Below, piece after piece: positions 1-8,208 of a stretch of 64,000 bases of DNA. The notes below the pieces were generated by a model. It had not been told where the DNA came from. It saw only the letters and a list, made by a program, of their open reading frames with translations, and made no database searches. The position numbers and the translations under genes were made by a program. The stretch's first letter is position 1; each line of letters opens with the position of its first letter. The DNA is from Solirubrobacterales bacterium (GTDB lineage: Bacteria > Actinomycetota > Thermoleophilia > Solirubrobacterales > 70-9), in assembly GCA_036378275.1 (NCBI GenBank), contig DASUWV010000093.1, forward strand, positions 4,291 through 68,290. The letters are read 5' to 3'.

Positions 1-446
1 CCGGCGTCGGCCGCTGGCGCCGCCGCCACATCGTGCCGCAGGGGACTGCCGGGCTCACCCCGCGGGAAGCCGGCGGCGTGCTGCGGACCTCGCTGCCCCT
101 GGTCGCGCTGCCCGAGCACGCCGGCAAGAGCCTCGGCTTCGAGATCGCCGGCGAGTCGATGGAGGGCGGCGAGGGCGACGCCGTCTGGGCCAACGTCAAG
201 GACAACGGGATCGTCCTCAGCTGCGAGGGGCCGCTGCCGGAGGTCGACGGGCTGGCGCGAGCCAGGGTCGCCACCATCGTCGATTCGCTCCTCGACGGGC
301 CGTCCCGGAACGGCTTCAGCTCCGAGGGGGACGAGGGGCTGATCAAGACCTGCCTCGAGCGCCTGCACTCGACCCTGTGGGTGGCCTGGCCCGATGACTC
401 AGCCGCGGCGGCCGAAGCTATGGCCGGCGGGGGCGACGGCGCGTAG
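1..446 (+). CDS. C-terminal part of a winged-helix (HxlR-like) regulator paralog; the 5' end lies outside the window
   Basis: The frame is open from base 3 (GVGRWRRRHIV...) and continues into ORF 33..446. It aligns with the C-terminal third of the 336-aa protein at 32219..33229 (ARWRHHHVV, LPLAGLPEHRGK, RLHETLW versus GRWRRRHIV, LPLVALPEHAGK, RLHSTLW). Confidence 0.55.
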   Translation, partial: GVGRWRRRHIVPQGTAGLTPREAGGVLRTSLPLVALPEHAGKSLGFEIAGESMEGGEGDAVWANVKDNGIVLSCEGPLPEVDGLARARVATIVDSLLDGPSRNGFSSEGDEGLIKTCLERLHSTLWVAWPDDSAAAAEAMAGGGDGA

Positions 447-3400
447 CTCCGCCACCGCCCGCTCGCGGGCCTGACGCGGTCGCGGGTTGCGTGGGCGCCG
501 CGCCCGCGGCGGCGCGGCTCGCTCCAGCGGCGCCAGCTCGCTGACGACGAGGTTGACGGTGCCTTCGCGGCGCTCGAGGCGGCCGCGGGCGCGGATCAGC
601 GGGGCGGTGCGGATGAGGGGGCGGTGGCGCTCGTAGACCGGCGGCGGGACGACGAGGTTGAGGGTGCCGCGCTCGTCCTCGAGCAGGATGAAGGTGACGC
701 CGTTGGCGGTCTCGGGGCGCTGGCGGGCGGTGACCATCCCCGCCACCTCGACGGTCGAGCCGTCGCCCACCTCGGCCAGCTCGGAGGTGCGGAGGAGCTT
801 CGGATCGAGGCCCGGCCGCAGCAGCTTCATCGGGTGCTTCTCGACCGTCATCCCGGTCGAGCGGTAGTCGGCGATCAGCTTCCCCCACTCCCCCAGCGGC
901 TCCAGCTCGGGCGGCGCCGGCGGCTCCATCGGCAGCGCCAGCTGCGTGCTGCCGGCGGCGGCGCGTCCGGCCCCGGTCACCCCGACCCGCCAGAGCGCCT
1001 CGCGGCGGTCGTCCGCGGAGCCGGCCGGGATGCCGTCGAGCGCGCCGGCCCAGGCCAGCTTTTCCAGGCTCGGCAGGCTCGCGCCCGCGCGTGAGGCCAG
1101 CTCTGCGATCCCCTTATAAGGACCGCCGCGCTCGCGCTCGGCGACCAGCTCCTCCATCTCCTCCTTCTTCACGCCCTTGACGTAGCCGAGACCGACCCGC
1201 ACCTGCAGCCCGCCCCGCACCTCCTCGCCCTCGCGCGGCGATTCGACGTGGCAGAGGACCCTGCTGCGGTTGGCGTCGACCGGCGCCACCCGGATCCCGC
1301 GCCGCTGCGCCTCGTGGACCAGCGAGTCGGGCGGGTAGAACCCCATCGGCTGCTCGTTCAGCAGCGAGCAGAGGAACTCGGGGCCGTAGTGGATCCGCAG
1401 CCAGGCGGACTGGTAGGCGAGCAGGCCGAAGGCGGCCGAGTGCGCCTTCGGGAAGCCGAAGCCGGAGAAGCCCTGGATCTGCGACCAGACCCGTTCGCCC
1501 GTCTCCTCGGGCACGCCGTTGGCGGCCGCCCCCGCGAGGAAGCGCTGGTGGTGCGCGCGGATCGCCTCCTCCGAGCGCTTGCGGCTCATCGCCCGCCGCA
1601 GCCCCTCCGCCTCCGAGGAGCTGAAGCCCGCGAGCGCCATCGCCACCTCGATCACCTGCTCCTGGAAGACGATCGTGCCCAGCGTCTCCTCCAGCACCGG
1701 CTCCAGCAGCGGGTGCTCGTAGGGGATCTCGTAGCCGGGGTCCTCGCGGCGGAGCTTGCGGCGCTCTATATATGGATGCACGGCGCCGCCCTGGATCGGC
1801 CCCGGCCGCACCAGCGCCACCTGGACGATCAGGTCGTCGAGGTCGCGCGGCCGGGTCCGCGGCAGCATCCCCATCTGCGCTCGGCTCTCGATCTGGAAGA
1901 CGCCGGTGGTGTCGGCGGCGCGGATCGATTCGTAGACCTGCTCGTCGTCGAGCGGGATCCGCGAGAGGTCGAGCCGCTCGCCGCGGGCGCGGCCGATCTC
2001 CTCGACGCAGCGCTCGACCGCCGAGAGCATCCCCAGCCCGAGCAGGTCGATCTTGAGGAAGCCGGCGTCGGCACAGCTGTCCTTGTCCCACTGGACGGTC
2101 TGGCGGCCCGCCATCGCCGCGGGCACGACCGGGCAGATGTCGGTCAGCGGCCGGGTCGAGATCACCATCCCGCCCGGGTGCTGGGAGAAGTGGCGCGGCA
2201 GGCCCATGATCTCGGCGGCGAGCGGCAGCAGCGCCCGCCAGCGCGGCTCCCGCGACCGCTCCGCCCCGAGCGCGGCGACGAGGTCGCGCTCGATCTCCTC
2301 GGCGCTCTGGTGGAAGCCGGCCGTCTTCGCCACCCGGTCGATCTCCGCCGGCGGCAGCCCGAGGACCTTGCCGAGGTCGCGCACCGCCCCCTTCGGGCGG
2401 TAGGTCGGGAAGGCGGCGACGAGGGCGGAGCGGTCACGGCCGTAGCGCTCGTGCACACGCGGGATCAGGACCTCGCGGATGTCGCGGGGGAAGTCGAGGT
2501 CGATGTCCGGCATCGAGGTCACCTCATCGTTGAGGAAGCGGCCGGAGAAGAGATCGGCCTCGACCGGGTCGACGTGGGAGAGGCCGGTCAGGTAGCAGAC
2601 GATCGAGCTGACGCTGGAGCCCCGACCTCGTCCCGGGGGAAGCACCGCACGCGCCGACTCCGGCCCGCGCACCTCGGCGGCGACCTCGCGCGCCAGCTCC
2701 AGCAGGTCGCGGTGGAGGAGGAAGAAGCCGGAGGGGCCGAGCTTGCGGATGATCGCCAGCTCCTCCTCCAGCCGCCACTGCGCCTCGAGCAGGCGGGCGT
2801 TGCCGCTGTAGCGCTCGCCGAGGCGGTGGCTGCAGAGGCGGGCGAGCTCGGCGTCGGCGGTCGGGTCCTCGCTGCCGGGGTAGCGGTAGCCGAGCTGCTC
2901 GGTGAGGTCGAAGCGGAGGCGCTCGGCAAGGCGCTCGGTCTCGGCAACCGCCCCGGGGTATTCGGCGAAGCGGGCCGCCATCGCTGCGGGCGAGGTGAGC
3001 GCCGAGGTCGAGTTGCCGCGGCGGCAGGGCTCGGACTCCTCCAGCGTCTCGCAGCGGCCGATCGCGACCAGCGCGTCCTGCAGCGGCGCCCGCCGGCGGT
3101 CGTGCGAGTGGACGTTGCCGGTGGCGACGCAGGGGACGTCGAGCCGCTCGGCCAGCAGCGCCAGCCAGCGGTTGCGGGCGCGGTCGCGGCGCCAGTAGGG
3201 CCGCTGCAGCTCGATCCGGAAGCGGTCGCGGCCGAAGGCGGCGAGGAGGCGGCGGGCAAGCCCCTCCCCCGCGGCGGTCTCCCCACGTTCGAAGGCACCC
3301 GCCACCGCCCCGTCCCGGGCGCAGCCGGAGAGGCAGACCAGCCCCTCCGCGTGCTCCTCCACCTGCTCGAGCGTCGCCCACGGCTGCGTCTGCGAGCGGG

Positions 3401-3707
3401 TGGTGTTGTCGCGGGTGTGGGAGTGGGCCGCGGTGAGGAGGCGGCAGAGGTTCCGGTACCCCGCCTCGTCTTCGACCAGGAGCGTCACGTGCCGCCCGCC
3501 CTGGAGCGTCAGCTCGGCGCCGGTGATCGGGCGGAAGCCGAAGCCCTTGCAGGCATGGGCGAACTCCATCGAGCCCCAGACGCCGTCGTGGTCGGTGAGG
3601 GCGAAGGCCGGATACCCGTGGGCGGCCGCGGCGGCCGCGAGCTCCAGCGGCGTCGAGGCGCCGTCGAGGAAGGAGAAGGCGGAGTGGGCGTGCAGCTCGA
3701 CGTACAT
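399..3707 (-). CDS. dnaE2: Error-prone DNA polymerase III alpha subunit, DnaE2 type (1102 aa)
   Basis: N-terminal PHP motif MYVELHAHSAFSFLDGAS and Pol III alpha core motifs (HPGGMVIS, GVFQIESRAQM, LVRPGPIQGG). The ~1100 aa length and the position downstream of an ImuB-like gene and a LexA box fit dnaE2. Confidence 0.9.
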   Translation of the reverse strand: MYVELHAHSAFSFLDGASTPLELAAAAAAHGYPAFALTDHDGVWGSMEFAHACKGFGFRPITGAELTLQGGRHVTLLVEDEAGYRNLCRLLTAAHSHTRDNTTRSQTQPWATLEQVEEHAEGLVCLSGCARDGAVAGAFERGETAAGEGLARRLLAAFGRDRFRIELQRPYWRRDRARNRWLALLAERLDVPCVATGNVHSHDRRRAPLQDALVAIGRCETLEESEPCRRGNSTSALTSPAAMAARFAEYPGAVAETERLAERLRFDLTEQLGYRYPGSEDPTADAELARLCSHRLGERYSGNARLLEAQWRLEEELAIIRKLGPSGFFLLHRDLLELAREVAAEVRGPESARAVLPPGRGRGSSVSSIVCYLTGLSHVDPVEADLFSGRFLNDEVTSMPDIDLDFPRDIREVLIPRVHERYGRDRSALVAAFPTYRPKGAVRDLGKVLGLPPAEIDRVAKTAGFHQSAEEIERDLVAALGAERSREPRWRALLPLAAEIMGLPRHFSQHPGGMVISTRPLTDICPVVPAAMAGRQTVQWDKDSCADAGFLKIDLLGLGMLSAVERCVEEIGRARGERLDLSRIPLDDEQVYESIRAADTTGVFQIESRAQMGMLPRTRPRDLDDLIVQVALVRPGPIQGGAVHPYIERRKLRREDPGYEIPYEHPLLEPVLEETLGTIVFQEQVIEVAMALAGFSSSEAEGLRRAMSRKRSEEAIRAHHQRFLAGAAANGVPEETGERVWSQIQGFSGFGFPKAHSAAFGLLAYQSAWLRIHYGPEFLCSLLNEQPMGFYPPDSLVHEAQRRGIRVAPVDANRSRVLCHVESPREGEEVRGGLQVRVGLGYVKGVKKEEMEELVAERERGGPYKGIAELASRAGASLPSLEKLAWAGALDGIPAGSADDRREALWRVGVTGAGRAAAGSTQLALPMEPPAPPELEPLGEWGKLIADYRSTGMTVEKHPMKLLRPGLDPKLLRTSELAEVGDGSTVEVAGMVTARQRPETANGVTFILLEDERGTLNLVVPPPVYERHRPLIRTAPLIRARGRLERREGTVNLVVSELAPLERAAPPRARRPRNPRPRQARERAVAELRAVAPAGHSFGRRG

Positions 3708-3728
3708 CGATTACCAACCCCCTGAGCC

Positions 3729-3974
3729 TCAGGCTCGCTGCCGGTACCAGCGCTGGGCGCCGGCGGCGCGGAAGACGGTGAGGGCGCGGCCGTCCGCCAG
3801 CGCCAGCTCGAAGTAATGGCGGCGGAGCGGCTTCGGCGTCCACCAGCGGTCCTCGACCAGCCACTCCTCGCGGACGGCCTCGACTGTCGCCCCCTCGACC
3901 AGCAGGGGGGCGCCGCGGGGGTCGGTCCGGACGGCCACCCGCTGGGGGGCGTAGAGGCGGCGCAGGCCCGGCAT
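3729..3974 (-). CDS. 81-aa Trp-rich protein coupled to the ImuB-like gene; possibly a detached ImuB C-terminal domain
   Basis: Its ATG overlaps the upstream stop (TGATG at 3972..3976). It has the motif EEWLVEDRWWTPKPLRRHYFEL, GC3-rich codon usage, and sits between the ImuB-like gene and dnaE2. Confidence 0.55.
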   Translation of the reverse strand: MPGLRRLYAPQRVAVRTDPRGAPLLVEGATVEAVREEWLVEDRWWTPKPLRRHYFELALADGRALTVFRAAGAQRWYRQRA

Positions 3975-5002
3975 CAGAGCTCGGGGTAGGGGGTGAGCAG
4001 GGCCCAGCGCTCGGGCACGCGCGAGGCCGCGTCGACGGGGAGGACCTTCAGCAGCGCCTCGGCTCCCTGCGCGGCGCGAACCTCGCGCACCGCAGCCCGC
4101 AGCCGGCGCCGGCGCGGCTCGGCGCCGCCGACCGCGAGCTCGAGCTGGTCGCGCGCCGGCGGGCCCAGGCCGACCGCGCGCAGGCGCAGCGCCGTCGCCG
4201 GGCCCGGCAGCTCTTCCAGGCGCGGGCCGAGGACGTCGCAGAGGACCCGCGGCGAGGCGCTCGGCCGCCCCAGGCCCTGCCCGACGCTCCAGCTGCCGCC
4301 GCTCGCAAGCAGCGCCCCCAGCCGCAGGCCGAGCAGCGTCCGCCCCTTCCGCTGCGGCGCCGCCAGCAGCCGGTCGACGAGCAGCTCCAGGGCGCGGTCG
4401 AGCTGACGGCCGGCGGTCCCCTCCGGCAACTCGATCTCCTCGGCCAGCTCCTCGTGCGGCGCCCGCGGCCGCAGCGGCTCCTCTTTCCCCTGGCAGAGCC
4501 GCAGCGCCCGCAGCCCGAGCGGGCCGAAGCGGTCGGCGACCTGGTCGGCGGAGAGCCGGGAGAGCGCGGGCAGCGTCTCGATCCCGAGCCGCTCGAGCGC
4601 CTCGATCAGGTCATCGGCCTCGCGCGGGGGAGCACCGAGTCGCGTCCGCAGCGCCGCCGTCGGCACCGGTCGCGGCCACTCGCCGGCGGCGATGAAGGCG
4701 GCGAAGCGGGTGCGGCCGGTGCCGATCCGCCACTCGCCTCCCGCCGCCCGCCGGGCAGCGGCGAGGACTCCGTCCTCGCCGCCGTAGAGGTCGCGCAGGC
4801 CGTCGACCGCGAAGAAAGCCTCACCGGGCTGCGCCGACTCGACCCCGGCGCCGATCTCCTCCAGCGCCCGCGCCATCGCTTCGGTCGCCTCCATCGCCGC
4901 GACAGGGTCGGAAACGTCGGTGCGCCCGGGCCGGGGCCCCCCGCCGCGACCCGGGCGCGTGAGAGTCGCCAAGCGCTTGTCGATGACGCAGGCGATCTTC
5001 AT
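3974..5002 (-). CDS. imuB: ImuB-like Y-family polymerase homolog (342 aa) lacking the usual N-terminal catalytic motif
   Basis: Y-family thumb and little-finger-like region (LSADQVADRFGPLGLRALRLCQGKEEPLRPR...). It sits directly upstream of dnaE2, and a LexA box overlaps its start codon. Confidence 0.6.
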   Translation of the reverse strand: MKIACVIDKRLATLTRPGRGGGPRPGRTDVSDPVAAMEATEAMARALEEIGAGVESAQPGEAFFAVDGLRDLYGGEDGVLAAARRAAGGEWRIGTGRTRFAAFIAAGEWPRPVPTAALRTRLGAPPREADDLIEALERLGIETLPALSRLSADQVADRFGPLGLRALRLCQGKEEPLRPRAPHEELAEEIELPEGTAGRQLDRALELLVDRLLAAPQRKGRTLLGLRLGALLASGGSWSVGQGLGRPSASPRVLCDVLGPRLEELPGPATALRLRAVGLGPPARDQLELAVGGAEPRRRRLRAAVREVRAAQGAEALLKVLPVDAASRVPERWALLTPYPEL

Positions 5003-5020
5003 ACGAACGCATGTTCGTAT
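5001..5020 (-). promoter_or_regulatory. LexA (SOS) box, CGAAC-N4-GTTCG type
   Basis: Perfect palindrome ATACGAAC-GCAT-GTTCGTAT. It overlaps the ATG (5000..5002) of the ImuB-like gene. Confidence 0.7.
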
Positions 5021-5062
5021 CCTCAGGAGGATAACGCCATAGAGATGACCGCAAGTCGGTTC

Positions 5063-5755
5063 TCAGCTGCGGGCGATCTTCGCCGCCTCGGCGCTGCCGA
5101 GGTAGGGCGTCAGCGCGAACTCGACCAGGTCGGGGAGCAGCGACTGCAGCTCCGCGGTGCGGTCGGCGAAGATGCGGCGTGAGATCAGCGAGACGATGCC
5201 GCCGACGAGGGCCTCCTCGGTGGTCGGCGAGAGGCCAGCCAGCACCTCGTCCGAACGACCCTCGCGGCCGGCTTCAAAGTAGGGCACGAGGCTCTGGATC
5301 GCGGCGTCGTAGCGCTCGATCACGACCGGCCCGGCGACCAGCGCCTCAACCATGCTGAGCCGCGCCAGGTGTGGCTCGTCGGTGAGGAACTGCAGCATCG
5401 TCGCCAGCCCCGCCCGCACCCCCGACGACCACTCCTCCTCCTGCTCGAAGGCCTCCCCCACGCGCCGGTTCAGCTCCGTCATCACGCTGTCGTAGGCGGC
5501 GACGAAGCATTCGTCCTTGCTGCTGAAGTGCTCGTAGAAGGTGCGGCGGGAAACCGCCGCGTGACGGGTGATGTGAGCGATCGTCGTGCCCGCGTAGCCG
5601 TTCTCGGCAACCGCCTCGGCGAGTCCGGCGATCAGGCGCTCGCGCTGGTTGCGGGAGACGAACTCGCGCGGGAGACCGTGCCGTCCCGGAGGAAGGCGAG
5701 CCAGCTCCGGCGGGTACTCGGGAGACTCGACAGAAGGGTTCACTGGATCTCTCAA
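5063..5755 (-). CDS. TetR/AcrR family transcriptional regulator (230 aa)
   Basis: N-terminal HTH region RERLIAGLAEAVAENGYAGTTIAHITRHAAVSRRTFYEHFSSKDECF. Confidence 0.85.
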   Translation of the reverse strand: MRDPVNPSVESPEYPPELARLPPGRHGLPREFVSRNQRERLIAGLAEAVAENGYAGTTIAHITRHAAVSRRTFYEHFSSKDECFVAAYDSVMTELNRRVGEAFEQEEEWSSGVRAGLATMLQFLTDEPHLARLSMVEALVAGPVVIERYDAAIQSLVPYFEAGREGRSDEVLAGLSPTTEEALVGGIVSLISRRIFADRTAELQSLLPDLVEFALTPYLGSAEAAKIARS

Positions 5756-5843
5756 GAGAACCGACGATACCGATTTGGACGAGCAGAGCCTGGTTTGGCT
5801 AACGGGCCAGTTTGTTTACCGCGCGCTTTGCTCATCGGATTTG

Positions 5844-6512
5844 TCACTCGGGGGAATCTGCCTTTCGGCCCGTGAACTTGCGCGCCGCCTCCGGCCCCAG
5901 GTACGGGGCCAGGGTGAACTCGACCAGTTCGGGAAGCAGTTCCTCGATCAGATCCGGTTCCTTGAGCCAGAGCCGCTGGTAGAGGATCCAGAAGACGCCG
6001 CCGATCAGCGCTTCCTCGAGCGTCTCCGGCAGCGCCTCGCCGTAAGGCGAGACATCGCGTCCAAGTTTGAACAAGGAGACGAAGGCCTGCAAGGACTCCT
6101 CGTAGTAGCGGACCGACTCGGGCCCCGCCGCCAGGGCCTCGACCATGCAGGTGCGGGAGAGCGCCGGCTCGCGAGCGACGTAGGCGAGGAAGGCGGATAG
6201 CCCGGCCTCGACCCGCCGGGGCCAGTCGTCGATCTCTCCGGCATTGGCGACAACTTGCTCTAACGCAGAAGACATCGCATATTGCTGGGCTGCTCGAAAG
6301 CAATCCTCCTTCGAGCTGAAGTTTTCGTAGAACGTGTTGCGAGCGATCCCGGCCCGCTTGACGATGTCGGCGATGGTGACCGCGCGGTAGCCCTTTTCCG
6401 AGACCTCGAGCGCAAGCCCGTGGATGATCCGGACGCGCTGGTGGTGGGCGATGAACTCGCGCGAGAGGGGCTGCCGGCCCGGAAGTGGACGCCGTGTTGA
6501 CTTTTGAGCCAC
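5844..6512 (-). CDS. TetR/AcrR family transcriptional regulator (222 aa), paralog of 5063..5755
   Basis: RVRIIHGLALEVSEKGYRAVTIADIVKRAGIARNTFYENFSSKEDCF. It has the same architecture as its neighbour. Confidence 0.85.
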   Translation of the reverse strand: MAQKSTRRPLPGRQPLSREFIAHHQRVRIIHGLALEVSEKGYRAVTIADIVKRAGIARNTFYENFSSKEDCFRAAQQYAMSSALEQVVANAGEIDDWPRRVEAGLSAFLAYVAREPALSRTCMVEALAAGPESVRYYEESLQAFVSLFKLGRDVSPYGEALPETLEEALIGGVFWILYQRLWLKEPDLIEELLPELVEFTLAPYLGPEAARKFTGRKADSPE

Positions 6513-6627
6513 GAACGAAAGAGTACCTAAGTCAGAGGAGGAAGTTATCCCACCCCGCGACCGGATACCGTTTAGGTACCGAAGGCAGACAAGCCGTTTT
6601 CTCTAAAATGCGACCGGAGCGGGGACC

Positions 6628-7218
6628 TTGATCGGAAGGCACCAACGCATCCTCCGAGGGATGCTCGAAGCAGTAGGCACACGTGGATACGAGCGAGCCA
6701 CGGTCCAGGACGCGATCGCCGCGGCCGGCATCTACCGCCAGGCCTTCTACGACTCCTTCAGGGACAAAGAGGACTGCTACCTGCAGGCGCTCGACGCCGG
6801 CTCGGCCTGGGTCGAGCTGGCGATGCGCGAAGAAGCGGCGGGTGAGACAACCTGGCGCGGCCAGCTGCGCGGCGCCCTGACCGGGCTGCTCCGCTTCCTC
6901 GACCGCGAGCCGGCGGTCGGCCGGGCGCTGCTGGTCGAAGTCCACGCCGCCGGCCCGGACGCGGTGGAAAAACGGACAGAAGCGATGGCGCGGGCTTCGG
7001 CGGCGATGGACCTGGCGCGGGCGGAAAGCGGCGGGGAGGCGCCGGAGATCTCGGCCGAGGCGGTGGTGGCCGGGATCCTCGCGGTGCTCCACAGCCGTCT
7101 CTCCGCCTCCCAGACGGATGGCTTCATGCGGCTCCTGCCGGAGTTGATGTACCTCGCCGTGCTTCCGTACTTCGGCGCCGACGCGGCGGCGACCGAGATG
7201 CGGCTCGACGACTTCTGA
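6628..7218 (+). CDS. TetR/AcrR family transcriptional regulator (196 aa)
   Basis: RILRGMLEAVGTRGYERATVQDAIAAAGIYRQAFYDSFRDKEDCY. It is divergent from the second TetR gene. Confidence 0.8.
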   Translation: MIGRHQRILRGMLEAVGTRGYERATVQDAIAAAGIYRQAFYDSFRDKEDCYLQALDAGSAWVELAMREEAAGETTWRGQLRGALTGLLRFLDREPAVGRALLVEVHAAGPDAVEKRTEAMARASAAMDLARAESGGEAPEISAEAVVAGILAVLHSRLSASQTDGFMRLLPELMYLAVLPYFGADAAATEMRLDDF

Positions 7219-7222
7219 GCTG

Positions 7223-7978
7223 TCAAACCCCCTCGCCGCCGCGACCCTCTCCGGCGGCAAAGCGGGCGGCGCCGCGGGCGGCGACCGCGAGCACCTCGCG
7301 ACCCAGCCGGCGCTCGAGCTCGAGCCCCTCGGCCAGCGGCAGACCCGCCCCCTGCAGGGCGGCGCGGCGATCGGCCAGCATCGTCTCCTGCGGGAAGGCG
7401 GCGATCCGCTCGGCCAGCTCGAGGGCCCGCTCCAGGTGGGCGCCGGGGGCGGTGACCTCGTTGACGAGCCCGATCCGCTCCGCCTCCCCCGCCTCGACCG
7501 GGCGGCCGGTGAGGATCAGGTCCAGCGCCCGCCCCATCCCCACGACCCGCGGCAGCCGCTGAGTGCCGCCATCTACGAGCGGCACCCCCCAGCGGCGCTC
7601 GAAGCAGCCGAAGACGGAGCCGGGGGTGGCGAGCCGCAGGTCGCACCAGAGCGCCAGCTCGAGGCCGCCGGCCAGGCACCAGCCGTCGATCGCAGCGATC
7701 GCCGGCTTCGACGGGGTGAGGCGGCTGACCCCGAGCGGCCCGGCGGGATCGTCGACGTCGAGATCGAGCGCCTTCAGGTCGGCGCCGGCGCAGAAGGCTT
7801 CGCCGCCGGCCCCGGTCAGGACCAGCACCCGGGCGCCCTCGTCGGCCTCGAAGCTCTCGAGGCCACGCCGCAGCCCGGCGGCGGTCGCCGCGTCGACCGC
7901 GTTACGGCGCTCCGGGCGGTCGATCGTCAACACCGCCGCTGCGCCCGCGCGCTCGTATCGCACCTCGGAGCTGCTCAT
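7223..7978 (-). CDS. Enoyl-CoA hydratase/isomerase (crotonase) family protein
   Basis: AAVLTIDRPERRNAVD, FCAGADLK and IAAIDGWCLAGGLELALWCDLR are typical crotonase-fold motifs. Confidence 0.85.
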   Translation of the reverse strand: MSSSEVRYERAGAAAVLTIDRPERRNAVDAATAAGLRRGLESFEADEGARVLVLTGAGGEAFCAGADLKALDLDVDDPAGPLGVSRLTPSKPAIAAIDGWCLAGGLELALWCDLRLATPGSVFGCFERRWGVPLVDGGTQRLPRVVGMGRALDLILTGRPVEAGEAERIGLVNEVTAPGAHLERALELAERIAAFPQETMLADRRAALQGAGLPLAEGLELERRLGREVLAVAARGAARFAAGEGRGGEGV

Positions 7979-8180
7979 CGCGCAGATCCTCCCACAGCCC
8001 CACCGCCGGACCGCCGTTGTCGCGAAGCCGGCGAGAAGGGAGCGGGCGGGCTAGTCGCCGCGCGGTGCACGGGGATCGCGGCGACGCCCGGCTCCCAGAG
8101 AGTGCGCCCCGGTCGCCGGCCCTGGGAAGAGGCAGGGATCCCAAAGCCAGCCGCAACGGTAGGGAGCGGCGCGGACAACG

Positions 8181-8208
8181 AAAAAACGACCGAGGGCGAC
8201 GCTCGGTT
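8181..8208 (-). terminator. Candidate intrinsic terminator (6-bp GC-rich stem, 7-nt loop, T6 tract) with no annotated gene upstream
   Basis: The minus strand reads ACCGAG-CGTCGCC-CTCGGT-CG-TTTTTT. A T6 run is unusual in this GC-rich DNA. Confidence 0.3.

Noticed and set aside
1248-3725. 825-aa plus-strand ORF antisense to dnaE2, with many similar nested ORFs in 418..3864.
   Set aside because: It is a shadow ORF of GC-rich DNA. Its composition is low-complexity and Arg/Ala/Gly/Pro/Leu-rich, with no recognisable motifs, and it lies entirely opposite a well-supported gene.
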